Positions 1 through 12,500 of a DNA stretch of 64,000 nt are shown piece by piece. This DNA is from Ranitomeya imitator (Eukaryota), in the NCBI RefSeq assembly GCF_032444005.1, contig NC_091284.1, forward strand, positions 3,162,001 through 3,226,000. The letters are read 5' to 3'. Position 1 is the first letter of the stretch; the number at the start of each line of letters is the position of its first letter. The position numbers were made by a program, and so were the translations under genes. The notes beneath the pieces are model-generated. The model was not told the DNA's origin, ran no database searches, and saw nothing but the letters and a program-made list of their open reading frames with translations.

Positions 1-3000
1 GACAGGGGAGGGATCAGATCCACCCAGTATTAGACATAGAGAAGGGATCAGATCAACCCTGTATTAGACACAGAGGAGGGATCAGATCCACCCTGTATTA
101 GACAGGGGAGGGATCAGATCCACCCAGTATTAGACATAGAGAAGGGATCAGATCAACCCTGTATTAGACACAGAGGAGGGATCAGATCCATCCTGTATTA
201 GACATAGAGGAGGGATAAGATCCACCCTGTATTAGACATAGGGGAGGGATCAGATCCACCCTGTATTAGACATAGGGGAGGGATCAGATCCACCCAGTAT
301 TAGACATAGAGAAGGGATCAGATCCACCCTGTATTAGACATAGAGGAGGGATCAGATCCACCCTGTATTAGACATAGGGGAGGGATCAGATCCACCCAGT
401 ATTAGACATAGGGGAGGGATCAGATCCACTCTGTATTAGACATAGGGGAGGGATCAGATCCACTCTGTATTAGACATAGGGGAGGGATCAGATCCACCCT
501 GTATTAGACACAGAGGAGGGATCAGATCCACCCTGTATTAGACACAGAGGAGGGATCAGATCCATCCTGTATTAGACACAGGGGAGGGATCAGATCAATC
601 CTGTATTAGACATAGGGGAGGGATCAGATCCATCCTGTATTAGACATAGAGGAGGGATCAGATCCATCCTGTATTAGACATAGGGGAGGGATCAGATCCA
701 CCCTGTATTAGACATAGGGGAGGGATCAGATCCACCCTGTATTAGACATAGAGGAGGGATCAGATCCACCCTGTATTAGACATAGGGGAGGGATCAGATC
801 CACCCTGTATTAGACATAGGGGAGGGATCAGATCCACCCTGTATTAGACATAGGGGAGGGATCAGATCCATCCTGTATTAGACATAGAGGAGGGATCAGA
901 TCCACCCTGTATTAGACATAGGGGAGGGATCAGATTCACCCTGTATTAGAAACAGAGGAGGGATCAGATCCACCCTGTATTAGAGACAGAGGAGGGATCA
1001 GATCCACCCTGTATTAGACATAGAGGAGGGATCAGATCCACCCTGTATTAGACATAGAGGAGGGATCAGATCCACCCTGTATTAGACATAGGGGAGGGAT
1101 CAGATCCACCCAGTATTAGACATAGAGAAGGGATCAGATCAACCCTGTATTAGACACAGAGGAGGGATCAGATCCATCCTGTATTAGACATAGAGGAGGG
1201 ATCAGATCCATCCTGTATTAGACATAGAGGAGGGATCAGATCCATCCTGTATTAGACACAGGGGAGGGATCAGATCCACCCTGTATTAGACATAGGGGAG
1301 GGATCAGATCCACTCTGTATTAGACATAGGGGAGGGATCAGATCCACCCAGTATTAGACACAGAGGAGGGATCAGATCCACCCTGTATTAGACATAGGGG
1401 AGGGATCAGATCCACCCTGTATTAGACATAGGGGAGGGATCAGATCCATCCTGTATTAGACACAGGGGAGGGATCAGATCCACCCTGTATTAGACATAGG
1501 GGAGGGATCAGATCCACTCTGTATTAGACATAGGGGAGGGATCAGATCCACCCAGTATTAGACACAGAGGAGGGATCAGATCCACCCTGTATTAGACATA
1601 GGGGAGGGATCAGATCCACCCTGTATTAGACATAGGGGAGGGATCAGATCCACCCTGTATTAGACACAGAGGAGGGATCAGATCCACCCTGTATTAGACA
1701 TAGGGGAGGGATCAGATCCATCCTGTATTAGACATAGGGGAGGGATCAGATCCACCCTGTATTAGACATAGGGGAGGGATCAGATCCACCCTGTATTAGA
1801 CATAGGAGGGATCAGATCCACCCTGTATTAGACACAGAGGAGGGATCAGATCCACCCTGTATTAGACATAGGGGAGGGATTAGATCCACTCTGTATTAGA
1901 CATAGGGGAGGGATCAGATCCACCCTGTATTAGACACAGAGGAGGGATCAGATCCACCCTGTATTAGACATAGGGGAGGGATCAGATCCATCCTGTATTA
2001 GACATAGGGGAGGGATCAGATCCACCCTGTATTAGACATAGGGGAGGGATCAGATCCACCCTGTAATAGACATAGAGGAGGGATCAGATCCACCCTGTAT
2101 TAGACACAGAGGAGGGATCAGATCCACCCTGTAATAGACATAGAGGAGGGATCAGATCCACCCTGTATTAGACATAGAGGAGGGATCAGATCCACCCTGT
2201 AATAGACATAGAGGAGGGATCAGATCCACCCTGTATTAGACATAGAGGAGGGATCAGATCCACCCTGTATTAGACATAGGGGAGGGATCAGATCCACCCA
2301 GTATTAGACATAGGGGAGGGATCAGATCCACCCTGTATTAGACATAGAGGAGGGATCAGATCCACCCTGTATTAGACATAGAGGAGGGATCAGATCCACC
2401 GTGTATTAGACATAGAGGAGGGATCAGATCCACCCTGTATTAGACATAGAGAAGGGATCAGATCCACCCTGTATTAGACATAGGGGAGGGATCAGATCCA
2501 CCCTGTATTAGACATAGGGGAGGGATCAGATCCACCCTGTATTGGACATAGAGGAGGGATCAGATCCACCCTGTATTAGACATAGAGGAGGGATCAGATC
2601 CACCCTGTATTAGACATAGAGGAGGGATCAGATCCACCCTGTATTAGACATAGGGGAGGGATCAGATCCACCCTGTATTAGACATAGAGGAGGGATCAGA
2701 TCCACCCTGTATTAGACATAGAGGAGGGATCAGATCCACCCTGTATTAGACATAGGGGAGGGATCAGATCCACCCTGTATTAGACATAGGGGAGGGATCA
2801 GATCCACCCTGTATTAGACATAGGGGAGGGATCAGATCCACCCTGTATTAGACATAGAGGAGGGATCAGATCCACCCTGTATTAGACATAGAGGAGGGAT
2901 CAGATCCACCCTGTATTAGACATAGGGGAGGGATCAGATCCACCCTGTATTGGACATAGAGGAGGGATCAGATCCACCCAGTATTAGACATAGGGGAGGG

Positions 3001-3272
3001 ATCAGATCCACCCTGTATTAGACATAGAGGAGGGATCAGATCCACCCTGTATTAGACATAGAGAAGGGATCAGATCCACCCTGTATTAGACATAGGGGAG
3101 GGATCAGATCCACCCTGTATTAGACATAGGGGAGGGATCAGATCCACCCTGTATTAGACATAGAGGAGGGATCAGATCCACCCTGTATTAGACATAGAGG
3201 AGGGATCAGATCCACCCTGTATTAGACATAGGGGAGGGATCAGATCCACCCTGTATTAGACATAGAGGAGGG
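1..3272. repeat. 34-bp tandem repeat (CATAGAGGAGGGATCAGATCCACCCTGTATTAGA)n, about 96 copies, runs off the window start
   Basis: Direct 34-bp periodicity (CATAGA at 2581 and 2615). The unit contains the interrupted palindrome GGATC-A-GATCC. Confidence 0.98.
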
Positions 3273-3359
3273 AATAGTCCTCAGTCACTAGAGGTCGGTA
3301 CAGCGTTATATTGAGGCATTAGTTGCGGCCGCTCTCCACGTCACCTGACTAACTCTTCG

Positions 3360-3442
3360 CTCCGCCCAGCAGTCACGTGATGATTCTCCTTTAGGCAGAG
3401 TGAGACTAACAGTCCCGGAAGTGACGTCACACAGCGGAAGTA
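3360..3442 (+). promoter_or_regulatory. PWP2 proximal promoter: GC box, GTCACGTGA E-box, composite ETS-CRE CCGGAAGTGACGTCA, second CGGAAG
   Basis: Motifs read directly: CTCCGCCC ~3360, GTCACGTGA 3372-3380, CCGGAAGTGACGTCA 3415-3429, CGGAAGT ~3435. The segment is CpG-rich and lies just upstream of ATG 3485. Confidence 0.7.
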
Positions 3443-3484
3443 GTGCCGGACACGCGGGTCACATGTGGAAACCGATCCTCGAAG

Positions 3485-3502
3485 ATGAAGTATAACTACA
3501 AG
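3485..3502 (+). CDS. PWP2: PWP2 exon 1 (MKYNYK)
   Basis: ATGAAGTATAACTACAAG|GTAAAG; corresponds to the MKFAYR N-terminus of human PWP2. Confidence 0.9.
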
Positions 3503-6500
3503 GTAAAGAGCGGAACAGCGAGGAGGAGGACGGGGGATATGGTGTGTACAGAGGAGGAGGACGGGGGAGAGAGTGTATACAGAGGAGGAGGACGGGGGAG
3601 AGAGTATACAGAGGAGGAGGACGGGGGAGAGTGTATACAGAGGAGGAGGACGGGGGAGAGAGTGTATACAGAGGAGGAGGACGGGGGAGAGAGTGTGTAC
3701 AGAGGAGGAGGACGGGGGAGAGAGTATACAGAGGAGGAGGACGGGGGAGAGAGTGTATACAGAGGAGGAGGACGGGGGAGATGGTGTATACAGAGGAGGA
3801 GGACGGGGAGATGGTGTATACAGAGGAGGAGGACGGGGGAGATGGTGTATACAGAGGAGGAGGACGGGGGAGAGTGTATACAGAGGAGGAGGACGGGGGA
3901 GAGAGTATACAGAGGAGGAGGACGGGGGAGAGTGTGTACAGAGGAGGAGGACGGGGGAGATGGTGTATACAGAGGAGGAGGACGGGGGAGATGGTGTATA
4001 CAGAGGAGGAGGAGGACGGGGGAGAGAGTATACAGAGGAGGAGGACGGGGGAGATGGTGTATACAGAGGAGGAGGACGGGGGAGAGTGTATACAGAGGAG
4101 GAGGACGGGGGAGAGTGTATACAGAGGAGGAGGACGGGGGAGAGAGTGTATACACAGGAGGAGGACGGGGGAGAGAGTGTACAGAGGAGGAGGACGGGGG
4201 AGAGAGTATACAGAGGAGGAGGACGGGGGAGAGTGTATACAGAGGAGGAGGACGGGGGAGATGGTGTATACAGAGGAGGAGGACGGGGGAGAGAGTATAC
4301 AGAGGAGGAGGACGGGGGAGAGAGTGTACAGAGGAGGAGGACGGGGGAGAGTGTATACAGAGGAGGAGGACGGGGGAGAGAGTGTATACAGAGGAGGAGG
4401 ACGGGGGAGAGAGTGTATACAGAGGAGGAGGACGGGGGAGAGTGTATACAGAGGAGGAGGACGGGGGAGAGAGTGTATACAGAGGAGGAGGACGGGGGAG
4501 AGAGTGTATACAGAGGAGGAGGACGGGGGAGAGTGTATACAGAGGAGGAGGACGGGGTGATGGTGTATACAGAGGAGGAGGACGGGGGAGAGTGTATACA
4601 GAGGAGGAGGACGGGGGAGAGAGTGTACAGAGGAGGAGGACGGGGGAGAGAGTATACAGAGGAGGAGGACGGGGGAGAGTGTATACAGAGGAGGAGGACG
4701 GGGGAGAGAGTGTATACAGAGGAGGAGGACGGGGGAGAGAGTGTATACAGAGGAGGAGGACGGGGAGAGTGTATACAGAGGAGGAGGACGGGGAGATGGT
4801 GTATACAGAGGAGGAGGACGGGGGAGATGGTGTATACAGAGGAGGAGGACGGGGGAGATGGTGTATACAGAGGAGGAGGACGGGGGAGATGGTGTATACA
4901 GAGGAGGAGGACGGGGGAGATGGTGTATACAGAGGAGGAGGACGGGGGAGATGGTGTATACAGAGGAGGAGGACGGGGGAGATGGTGTGTACAGAGGAGG
5001 AGGATGTGTAACCCAATGATCTCTCTCTCTCTCGCAGTTCAGTAATCTCCTCGGGTCGTTTTTTCGTCGTGGGAATCTGACATTTACCCCCGATGGGAGC
5101 TCTCTGCTCAGTCCTGTGGGGAATCGGCTGAGCGTCTTCCACCTGAAGAAGTGAGTGCTGCTCAGGGATCAGCTTGTGATGCCTGGGGATCGGCTCTCCC
5201 CGCTCCTCGCCCGTCTGCGGTCCCCTGTGCCTCCCCCCGTCCTCTGCCGTCCCCGCGCTTCTCCCCGTCCTCTGCGGTCCCCGAGCCTCGCCCCGTCCTC
5301 TGCCGTCCTCGGGCCTCGCCCCGTCCTCTGCGGTCCCCGAGCCTCGCCCCGTCCTCTGCCGTCCCCGCGCCTCGCCCCGTCCTCTGCCGTCTCCGCGCCT
5401 CGCCCCGTCCTCTGCGGTCCCCGGGCCTCGCCCCGTCCTCTGCGGTCCCCGGGCCTCGCCCCGTCCTCTGCGGTCCCCGGGCCTCGCCCCGTCCTCTGCG
5501 GTCCCCGCGCCTCGCCCCGGGCCTCACCCCGTCCTCTGCCGTCCCCGCGCCTCGCCCCATCCTCTGCGGTCCCCTCGCCCCGTCCTCTGCGGTCCCCTCG
5601 CCCCGTCCTCTGCGGTCCCCTCGCCCCGTCCTCTGCGGTCCCCTCGCCCCGTCCTCTGCGGTCCCCTCGCCCCGTCCTCTGCGGTCCCCTCGCCCCGTCC
5701 TCTGCGGTCCCCTCGCCCCGTCCTCTGCGGTCCCCTCGCCCCGTCCTCTGCGGTCCCCTCGCCCCGTCCTCTGCGGTCCCCTCGCCCCGTCCTCTGCGGT
5801 CCCCTCGCCCCGTCCTCTGCGGTCCCCTCGCCCCGTCCTCTGCGGTCCCCTCGCCCCGTCCTCTGCGGTCCCCTCGCCCCGTCCTCTGCGGTCCCCTCGC
5901 CCCGTCCTCTGCGGTCCCCTCGCCCCGTCCTCTGCGGTCCCCTCGCCCCGTCCTCTGCGGTCCCCTCGCCCCGTCCTCTGCCGTCCCCTCGCCCCGTCCT
6001 CTGCCGTCCCCTCGCCCCGTCCTCTGCCGTCCCCTCGCCCCGTCCTCTGCCGTCCCCTCGCCCCGTCCTCTGCCGTCCCCTCGCCCCGTCCTCTGCCGTC
6101 GCCTCGCCCCGTCCTCTGCCGTCCCCGCGCCTCGCCCCGTCCTCTGCCGTCCCCGCGCCTCGCCCCGTCCTCTGCCGTCCCCGCGCCTCGCCCCGTCCTC
6201 TGCCGTCCCCGCGCCTCGCCCCGTCCTCTGCCGTCCCCGCGCCTCGCCCCGTCCTCTGCCGTCCCCGCGCCTCGCCCCGTCCTCTGCCGTCCCCGCGCCT
6301 CGCCCCGTCCTCTGCCGTCCCCGCGCCTCGCCCCGTCCTCTGCCGTCCCCGCGCCTCGCCCCGTCCTCTGCCGTCCCCGCGCCTCGCCCCGCCCTCTGCC
6401 GTCCCCGCACCTCGCCCCGCCCTCTGCCTCGCCCCGCCCTCTGCCGTCCCCGCGCCTCGCCCCGCCCTCTGCCGTCCCCGGGCCTCGCCCCGTCCTCTGC

Positions 6501-9500
6501 GGTCCCCGGGCCTCGCCCCGTCCTCTGCGGTCCCCGGGCCTCGCCCCGTCCTCTGCGGTTCCGGGCCTCGCCCCGTCCTCTGCGGTCCCCGGGCCTCGCC
6601 CCGTCCTCTGCGGTCCCCGCGCCTCGCCCCGGGCCTCACCCCGTCCTCTGCGGTCCCCTCGCCCCGTCCTCTGCGGTCCCCTCGCCCCGTCCTCTGCGGT
6701 CCCCTCGCCCCGTCCTCTGCGGTCCCCTCGCCCCGTCCTCTGCCGTCCCCTCGCCCCGCCCTCTGCCGTCCCCGCGCCTCGCCCCGCCCTCTGCCGTCCC
6801 CGCGCCTCGCCCCGCCCTCTGCCGTCCCCGCGCCTCGCCCCGCCCTCTGCCGTCCCCGCGCCTCGCCCCGCCCTCTGCCGTCGCCTCGCCCCGCCCTCTG
6901 CCGTCCCCGCGCCTCGCCCCGCCCTCTGCCGTCCCCGCGCCTCGCCCCGCCCTCTGCCGTCCCCGCGCCTCGCCCCGCCCTCTGCCGTCCCCGCGCCTCG
7001 CCCCGCCCTCTGCCGTCCCCGCGCCTCGCCCCGCCCTCTGCCGTCCCCGCGCCTCGCCCCGCCCTCTGCCGTCCCCGCGCCTCGCCCCGCCCTCTGCCGT
7101 CCCCGCGCCTCGCCCCGCCCTCTGCCGTCCCCGCGCCTCGCCCCGCCCTCTGCCGTCCCCGCGCCGTCCCCGCGCCTCGCCCCGTCCCCGCGCCTCGCCC
7201 CGTCGCCTCGCCCCGTCCCCGCGCCTCGCCCCGTTGATGCTGCTCATGACCGTGTTGTCTTCTCCCTCCAGTAATCGTGCGGAGACCCTGCCGGCGGCCA
7301 CGCGGTGTAACATCACGTGTGTGGCCCTGTCCCCTGATGGCTCTCTGGGGATCCTCGTGGATGAAGGTGGGTTGGGGTCCTGTCATGGCTGATGTTGGGG
7401 GAGGGGATGCCCCCGTGTGATGCCGCTGTCTGCTCTCTCCACAGAGGGGTCCGCGCTTCTCATCAGCCTCGTCACTAAGTCCGTCCTCAATCACTTCCAC
7501 TTCCAGCAGCCGGTCCACGCCGTCAGCTTCTCTCCAGACGGCAGGTGAGTGGCCTCCATTGTGGGGTGCGGCCCCTCCCCCGCCGCATGCTCACCCCTCC
7601 CCCATGTTTGCTCTGCAGGACGTTTGTGGTGTGTAAAGGCTCGGTGGCTCTGCTGTACCGCGCTCCGGGGAAGAGGCGCGACTTCAACGCTTTTGTCTTG
7701 GATAAGTCGTTCTACGGTCCCTACGATGAGACCACGTGCATCGACTGGACGGACGACGCCAGGTGCGGGGGTGGGACGGGTGACCGCTACCTGATGTGGA
7801 GCTCTGAGTGCTCTGCGGGCCCCCGCCTGGCGACCCAGGCCCCCTGCTGTTCTCCCGATGAGTAACCCGGGGCCCCTGCTGCCCCCGAGCCTCCTCCTGA
7901 ACCCCCCCATCGTCCCTGACAGGCGCCCCGGCCCCCCCACTCCCCATCGTGCCTGACAGGCGCCCCGGCCCCCCCCCCATCGTCCCTGACAGGCGCCCCG
8001 GCCCCCCCATCGTCCCTGACAGGTGCTTCCCCCCCCCCCCCCCCCCCCCCATCGTCCCTGACAGGTGCTTCCCCCCCCCCCCCCCCATCGTCCCTGACAG
8101 GCGCCCCGGCCCCCCATCGTCCCTGACAGGTGCTTCCCCCCCCCCCATCGTCCCTGACAGGTGCCCCCCCCCCCCCCCCATCGTCCCTGACAGGCGCCCC
8201 GGCCCCCCATCGTCCCTGACAGGTGCCCCCCCCCCCCCATCGTCCCTGACAGGCGCCCCGGCCCCCCATCGTCCCTGACAGGTGCCCCCCCCCATCGTCC
8301 CTGACAGGTGCCCCCCCCCCCCCCCATCGTCCCTGACAGGCGCCCCGGCCCCCCATCGTCCCTGACAGGCGCCTCGGCCCCCCATCGTCCCTGACAGGTG
8401 CCCCCCCCCCCCATCGTCCCTGACAGGTGCCCCCCCCCCCCATCGTCCCTGACAGGCGCCTCGGCCCTCCCTGACGGCTGTTCTTCCCCAGGTGCTTTGC
8501 GGTCGGCAGTAAGGACATGACCACCTGGGTGTTCGGAGCGGAGCGCTGGCAGAATCTCATCTACTACAGTCTCGGGGGCCACAAGGACGCCATCGTGTCC
8601 TGCTTCTTCCAGGAGGGCAGCCTGGATGTGAGTGTGCGGTGAGGTGTGTGCAGCGCCCCCTGTCCTGAGCCCGCACTCACTGTCCGCCTTCTCCTCCGCA
8701 GCTGTACACCATCAGTGCGGACGCCACGCTCTGCACATGGGAGTGTGACACCGCACTCGCCCAGCTACTGCCCCGACAACCCCGGAGAGAGCCCCCAGCA
8801 GAAGAGCTGGCGGAGGAGCGAGGCGAGGAAATCCGGGGGTCTGCGAACCCCAACGCCGAGGAGAAGAGCCGCAGGGTGAAGTACAAGAGGGTCGGCAAGT
8901 GAGTCTACTCCATTGTCATGTCTCCTGCAGTGCTGATGTACCATGGGCCGGTGTGGTGGCATGGGGTGCGTGTGGCCTGCCCCGCGGGGGTGACTGCAAG
9001 CCTCACTGCAGGAGGTGGGGCCCGGCCTGTCGTCCCGCGGGGGTGGGGCCCGGCCTGTCGTCCCGCGGGGGTGGGGCCCGGCCTGTCGTCCCGCGGGGGT
9101 GGGGCCCGGCCTGTCGTCCCGCGGGGGTGGGGCCCGGCCGGTGTCGTGCCGGGGGGGCGGGGCCCGGCCGGTGTCGTGCCGGGGGGGCGGGGCCCGGCCG
9201 GTGTCGTGCCGGGGGGGGCGGGGCCCGGCCGGTGTCGTGCCGCGGGGGCGGGGCCCGGCCGGTGTCGTGCCGCGGGGGCGGGGCCCGGCCGGTGTCGTGC
9301 CGGGGGGGCGGGGCCCGGCCGGTGTCGTGCCGGGGGGGCGGGGCCCGGCCGGTGTCGTGCCGGGGGGGCCCGGCCGGTGTCGTGCCGCGGGGGTGGATAT
9401 TCTCATCCTGTCTCTTGTCTTCAGACATTTCTTCAATAAGGACGGAGACTTCACCTCGCTGACCGCCGCCGCCTTCCACAAGAAGCTGAATGTCCTGGTG

Positions 9501-12500
9501 AGCGGTTTCTCCTCCGGAGCCTTCCACATCCACGAGCTGCCGGACCTGAGTCTCATCCACTCCCTCAGGTGACTGCCCGCCCGTGTCAGTGAGCTGCCGC
9601 CATGTTGCTGTGGCCCCTCCACATGTGGTGACGCTGCTTCTTCTCCAGTATTTCAGATCAGAGCATCTCCTCCATCGCTATCAACAGCACCGGGGACTGG
9701 ATCTCGTTTGGTAGCAGCGGTAAGTAGAGATCCTTCGCTCCTGTACCATCCCCCTTCCTAAGGTGGCGCCTCCCGGGCGGTGTCCACGCTGTCCCTTCTT
9801 CCGTCTGTGACCCCGCACGGTAATGGCGGCTCTGTCCTGCAGGTCTGGGTCAGCTGCTGGTGTGGGAATGGCAGAGCGAATCCTATGTCCTGAAGCAGCA
9901 GGGACACTTCAACAACATGGTGGCGCTGTGCTACTCCCCTGACGGCCAGCACCTCGTCACCGGGGGAGATGACGGCAAGGTAAGATGGGGCTGGGCTGGG
10001 GTCGCACCGTGCCGGTGCTGTCCGGATCCTGCTGACCCCCATCTCTCGGCAGGTGAAGGTGTGGGACACAAATAGTGGCTTCTGCTTCGTGACTTTCACA
10101 GACCACACCAGCAGCGTCACCGCCGTCAGCGTCACCGCTAATGGGCAGGCTGTGCTCAGCGCCTCCCTGGACGGCACCGTCAGAGCGTACAGCTTGATGA
10201 GGTGGGTGTCTGTACGTGTCCGCTGCCTGCGTGGCCCAGAACCGGGGGCTCACCATCCATCTCATTCCAGGTATCGGAACTTCAGGACGTTCACGTCTCC
10301 TCGGCCCACCCAGTTCTCCTGCCTGGCTGTGGACGGCAGCGGAGACGTCGTGTGCGCCGGCGCTCAGGACTCGTACGAGATCTACGTGTGGAGCATGCAG
10401 ACCGGGAGACTCCTGGACGTGAGTGCCACGGGCCCGTATACTGTACGCCGGGTGGGGACCACCCGAACAATCCCACCCACCATAAACCACAGCTGTGACC
10501 GGCTGCCAGTCTTCTGCCCCACTGTTGTGTGTAATGGGATACCAGGAGCATGAGACTGGTGCCTCCGCTGTGCTGCCGCCGCTGGGGCCTCCGCTGTGCT
10601 GCCGCCGCCTTATCCCTTTCACGCATGCAGGCACACTCGTTTTCCTGTGTCTTTAACCTCCCAGGTTACTGTCCCTTTCAGTGACCTTTACTGACGAGGA
10701 TCCGGATATGCTCTTCCTCTCATGTTAGGTTTTGGCCGGACACGAGGGGCCGATCAGCAGCGTGGCTTTTAACCCTTGGAAGTCTGTTCTGGCCACCGCC
10801 TCCTGGGACCGGACGGTCAGACTCTGGGATATGACGGACAGCTGGAAGACGACGGAGACCCTGAACTTGACGGCAGAGGGTGAGTAGATGATTGGCAGCG
10901 GTCGAGGCCTCTCAGTTCAGGCGTGACTGTGCGTGGTGGGGCTGTGTGATAGCCCCCATACCCGCCCCGCGTTTATCACCATGTCTTGTCTATTCCTCAG
11001 CGCTCGTGGTCACTTTCCGTCCTGATGGCAGAGAAATAGCGGTGGCTTCCTTGGATGGTCAGATCACCATGTGGGACCCAGAGAAGGGGATTCAGACCGG
11101 ATCCATTGAGGGGAGACATGATCTCCAGCTGGGACGCAAAGAGACAGATAAGATTACGGCCAAGCACTCCGCGAAGGGGAAGTGAGTGACTGCGCCTGCT
11201 CCGCTGAGTGCTCCTCACCCGTCTGCCGAGCCCACCTCCTCACCGCTGTTTATTCCTCAGGGCCTTCACCTCCCTGTGTTACTCTGCGGACGGCCATGCT
11301 CTCCTCGCCGGTGGCGCCTCGCGCTTCGTGTGCATTTACCATGTCAGGGAGCAGCTGCTCGCCAAGAAGTTTGAGATCTCCTGTAACCATTCTCTGGATG
11401 CCATGGAGGTGAGAAGGCGACGACCAAGGGGTTAATATGGGTGGGCCAAATAATGTTAGATGGTGACATCATGGCCCAAACACATCCCAGATCCAGTCCT
11501 ATAACATCTGGGCTTATAGTGCCGGCTTGCAGCGTTAATCTGAGGGATTCACATCCTAATTGGGGGAAGGGGTTATGAATCGCAACTTTAATATGGAGAT
11601 GCCTCTTATTAAAGAGGTCAGAATTAATTGGACAATTATCTCAGAAGCTCGATAATGGGCTTACCCTCATTAATGAAGCGGGTAAAAGGTCTGGAGCTCA
11701 TTCTGATGCGGCATTTGGACGTTGTTGCTGTTAACCCACAACATGCGGATAAAGGAAGAGAAACTGACCATCATTAGGCTGAAAGATTAAATCAGAGAGC
11801 ACAAATGTGCAAAAAAAGAGAGCGGCCTGCTAAGCTGGGAACTCAGAAAGGCCTGGACGTCCCCTTAGACACCAGTGCTAAATGATCGCAGAATTTTTCC
11901 CATGGTGAAGAAAATCCCACCCAAGTGATGACGCCAGGAAGTCGGAGTCTCGGCATCTAAGTCTACCATACAGGGCAAAGCAAATACAGAGGTGTGACAA
12001 CAAGGTGCAAACATTAATCAGCCGGAAAATAGGAAGGCCGGATTAGACTTTACCGAAAAAACATTGAAAGAAGGCTTGGAGCGGCTCCTGATCCTCGGCA
12101 CGTCCTCTGTAACACATGGTGGAGGCGGTGTGATGGCGCGGCCAGGCATGGCTTCCAGTGGTACCGGTCACTAGTGATTATTGATGATGGGACTGAAGAC
12201 AGAAGCGGCTGGATGAATCCTGTGTGTACAGGGCGAGAGTCTGCTCAGATCCAACCAAATGCAGCAAGGAATGGGCGCCAGGCCTCACACCGGAGGAGAC
12301 CAGCGATGGTGACAGCCATGGCCTCCAGACCTCAGGCCATCATTATACAAAGTCTCACACCGGAGGAGACCAGCGATGGTGACGGCCATGGCCTCCAGAC
12401 CTCAGGCTGTCATTATACAAAGCCTCACACCGGAGGAGACCAGCGATGGTGACGGCCATGGCCCCAGGCTGTCATTATACAAAGCCTCACCCCGGAGGAG

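Noticed and set aside
3443-7518. Long ORFs (413-745 aa) in introns 1-2
   Set aside because: They are translations of stop-poor minisatellites in several frames and on both strands, and lie inside PWP2 introns.
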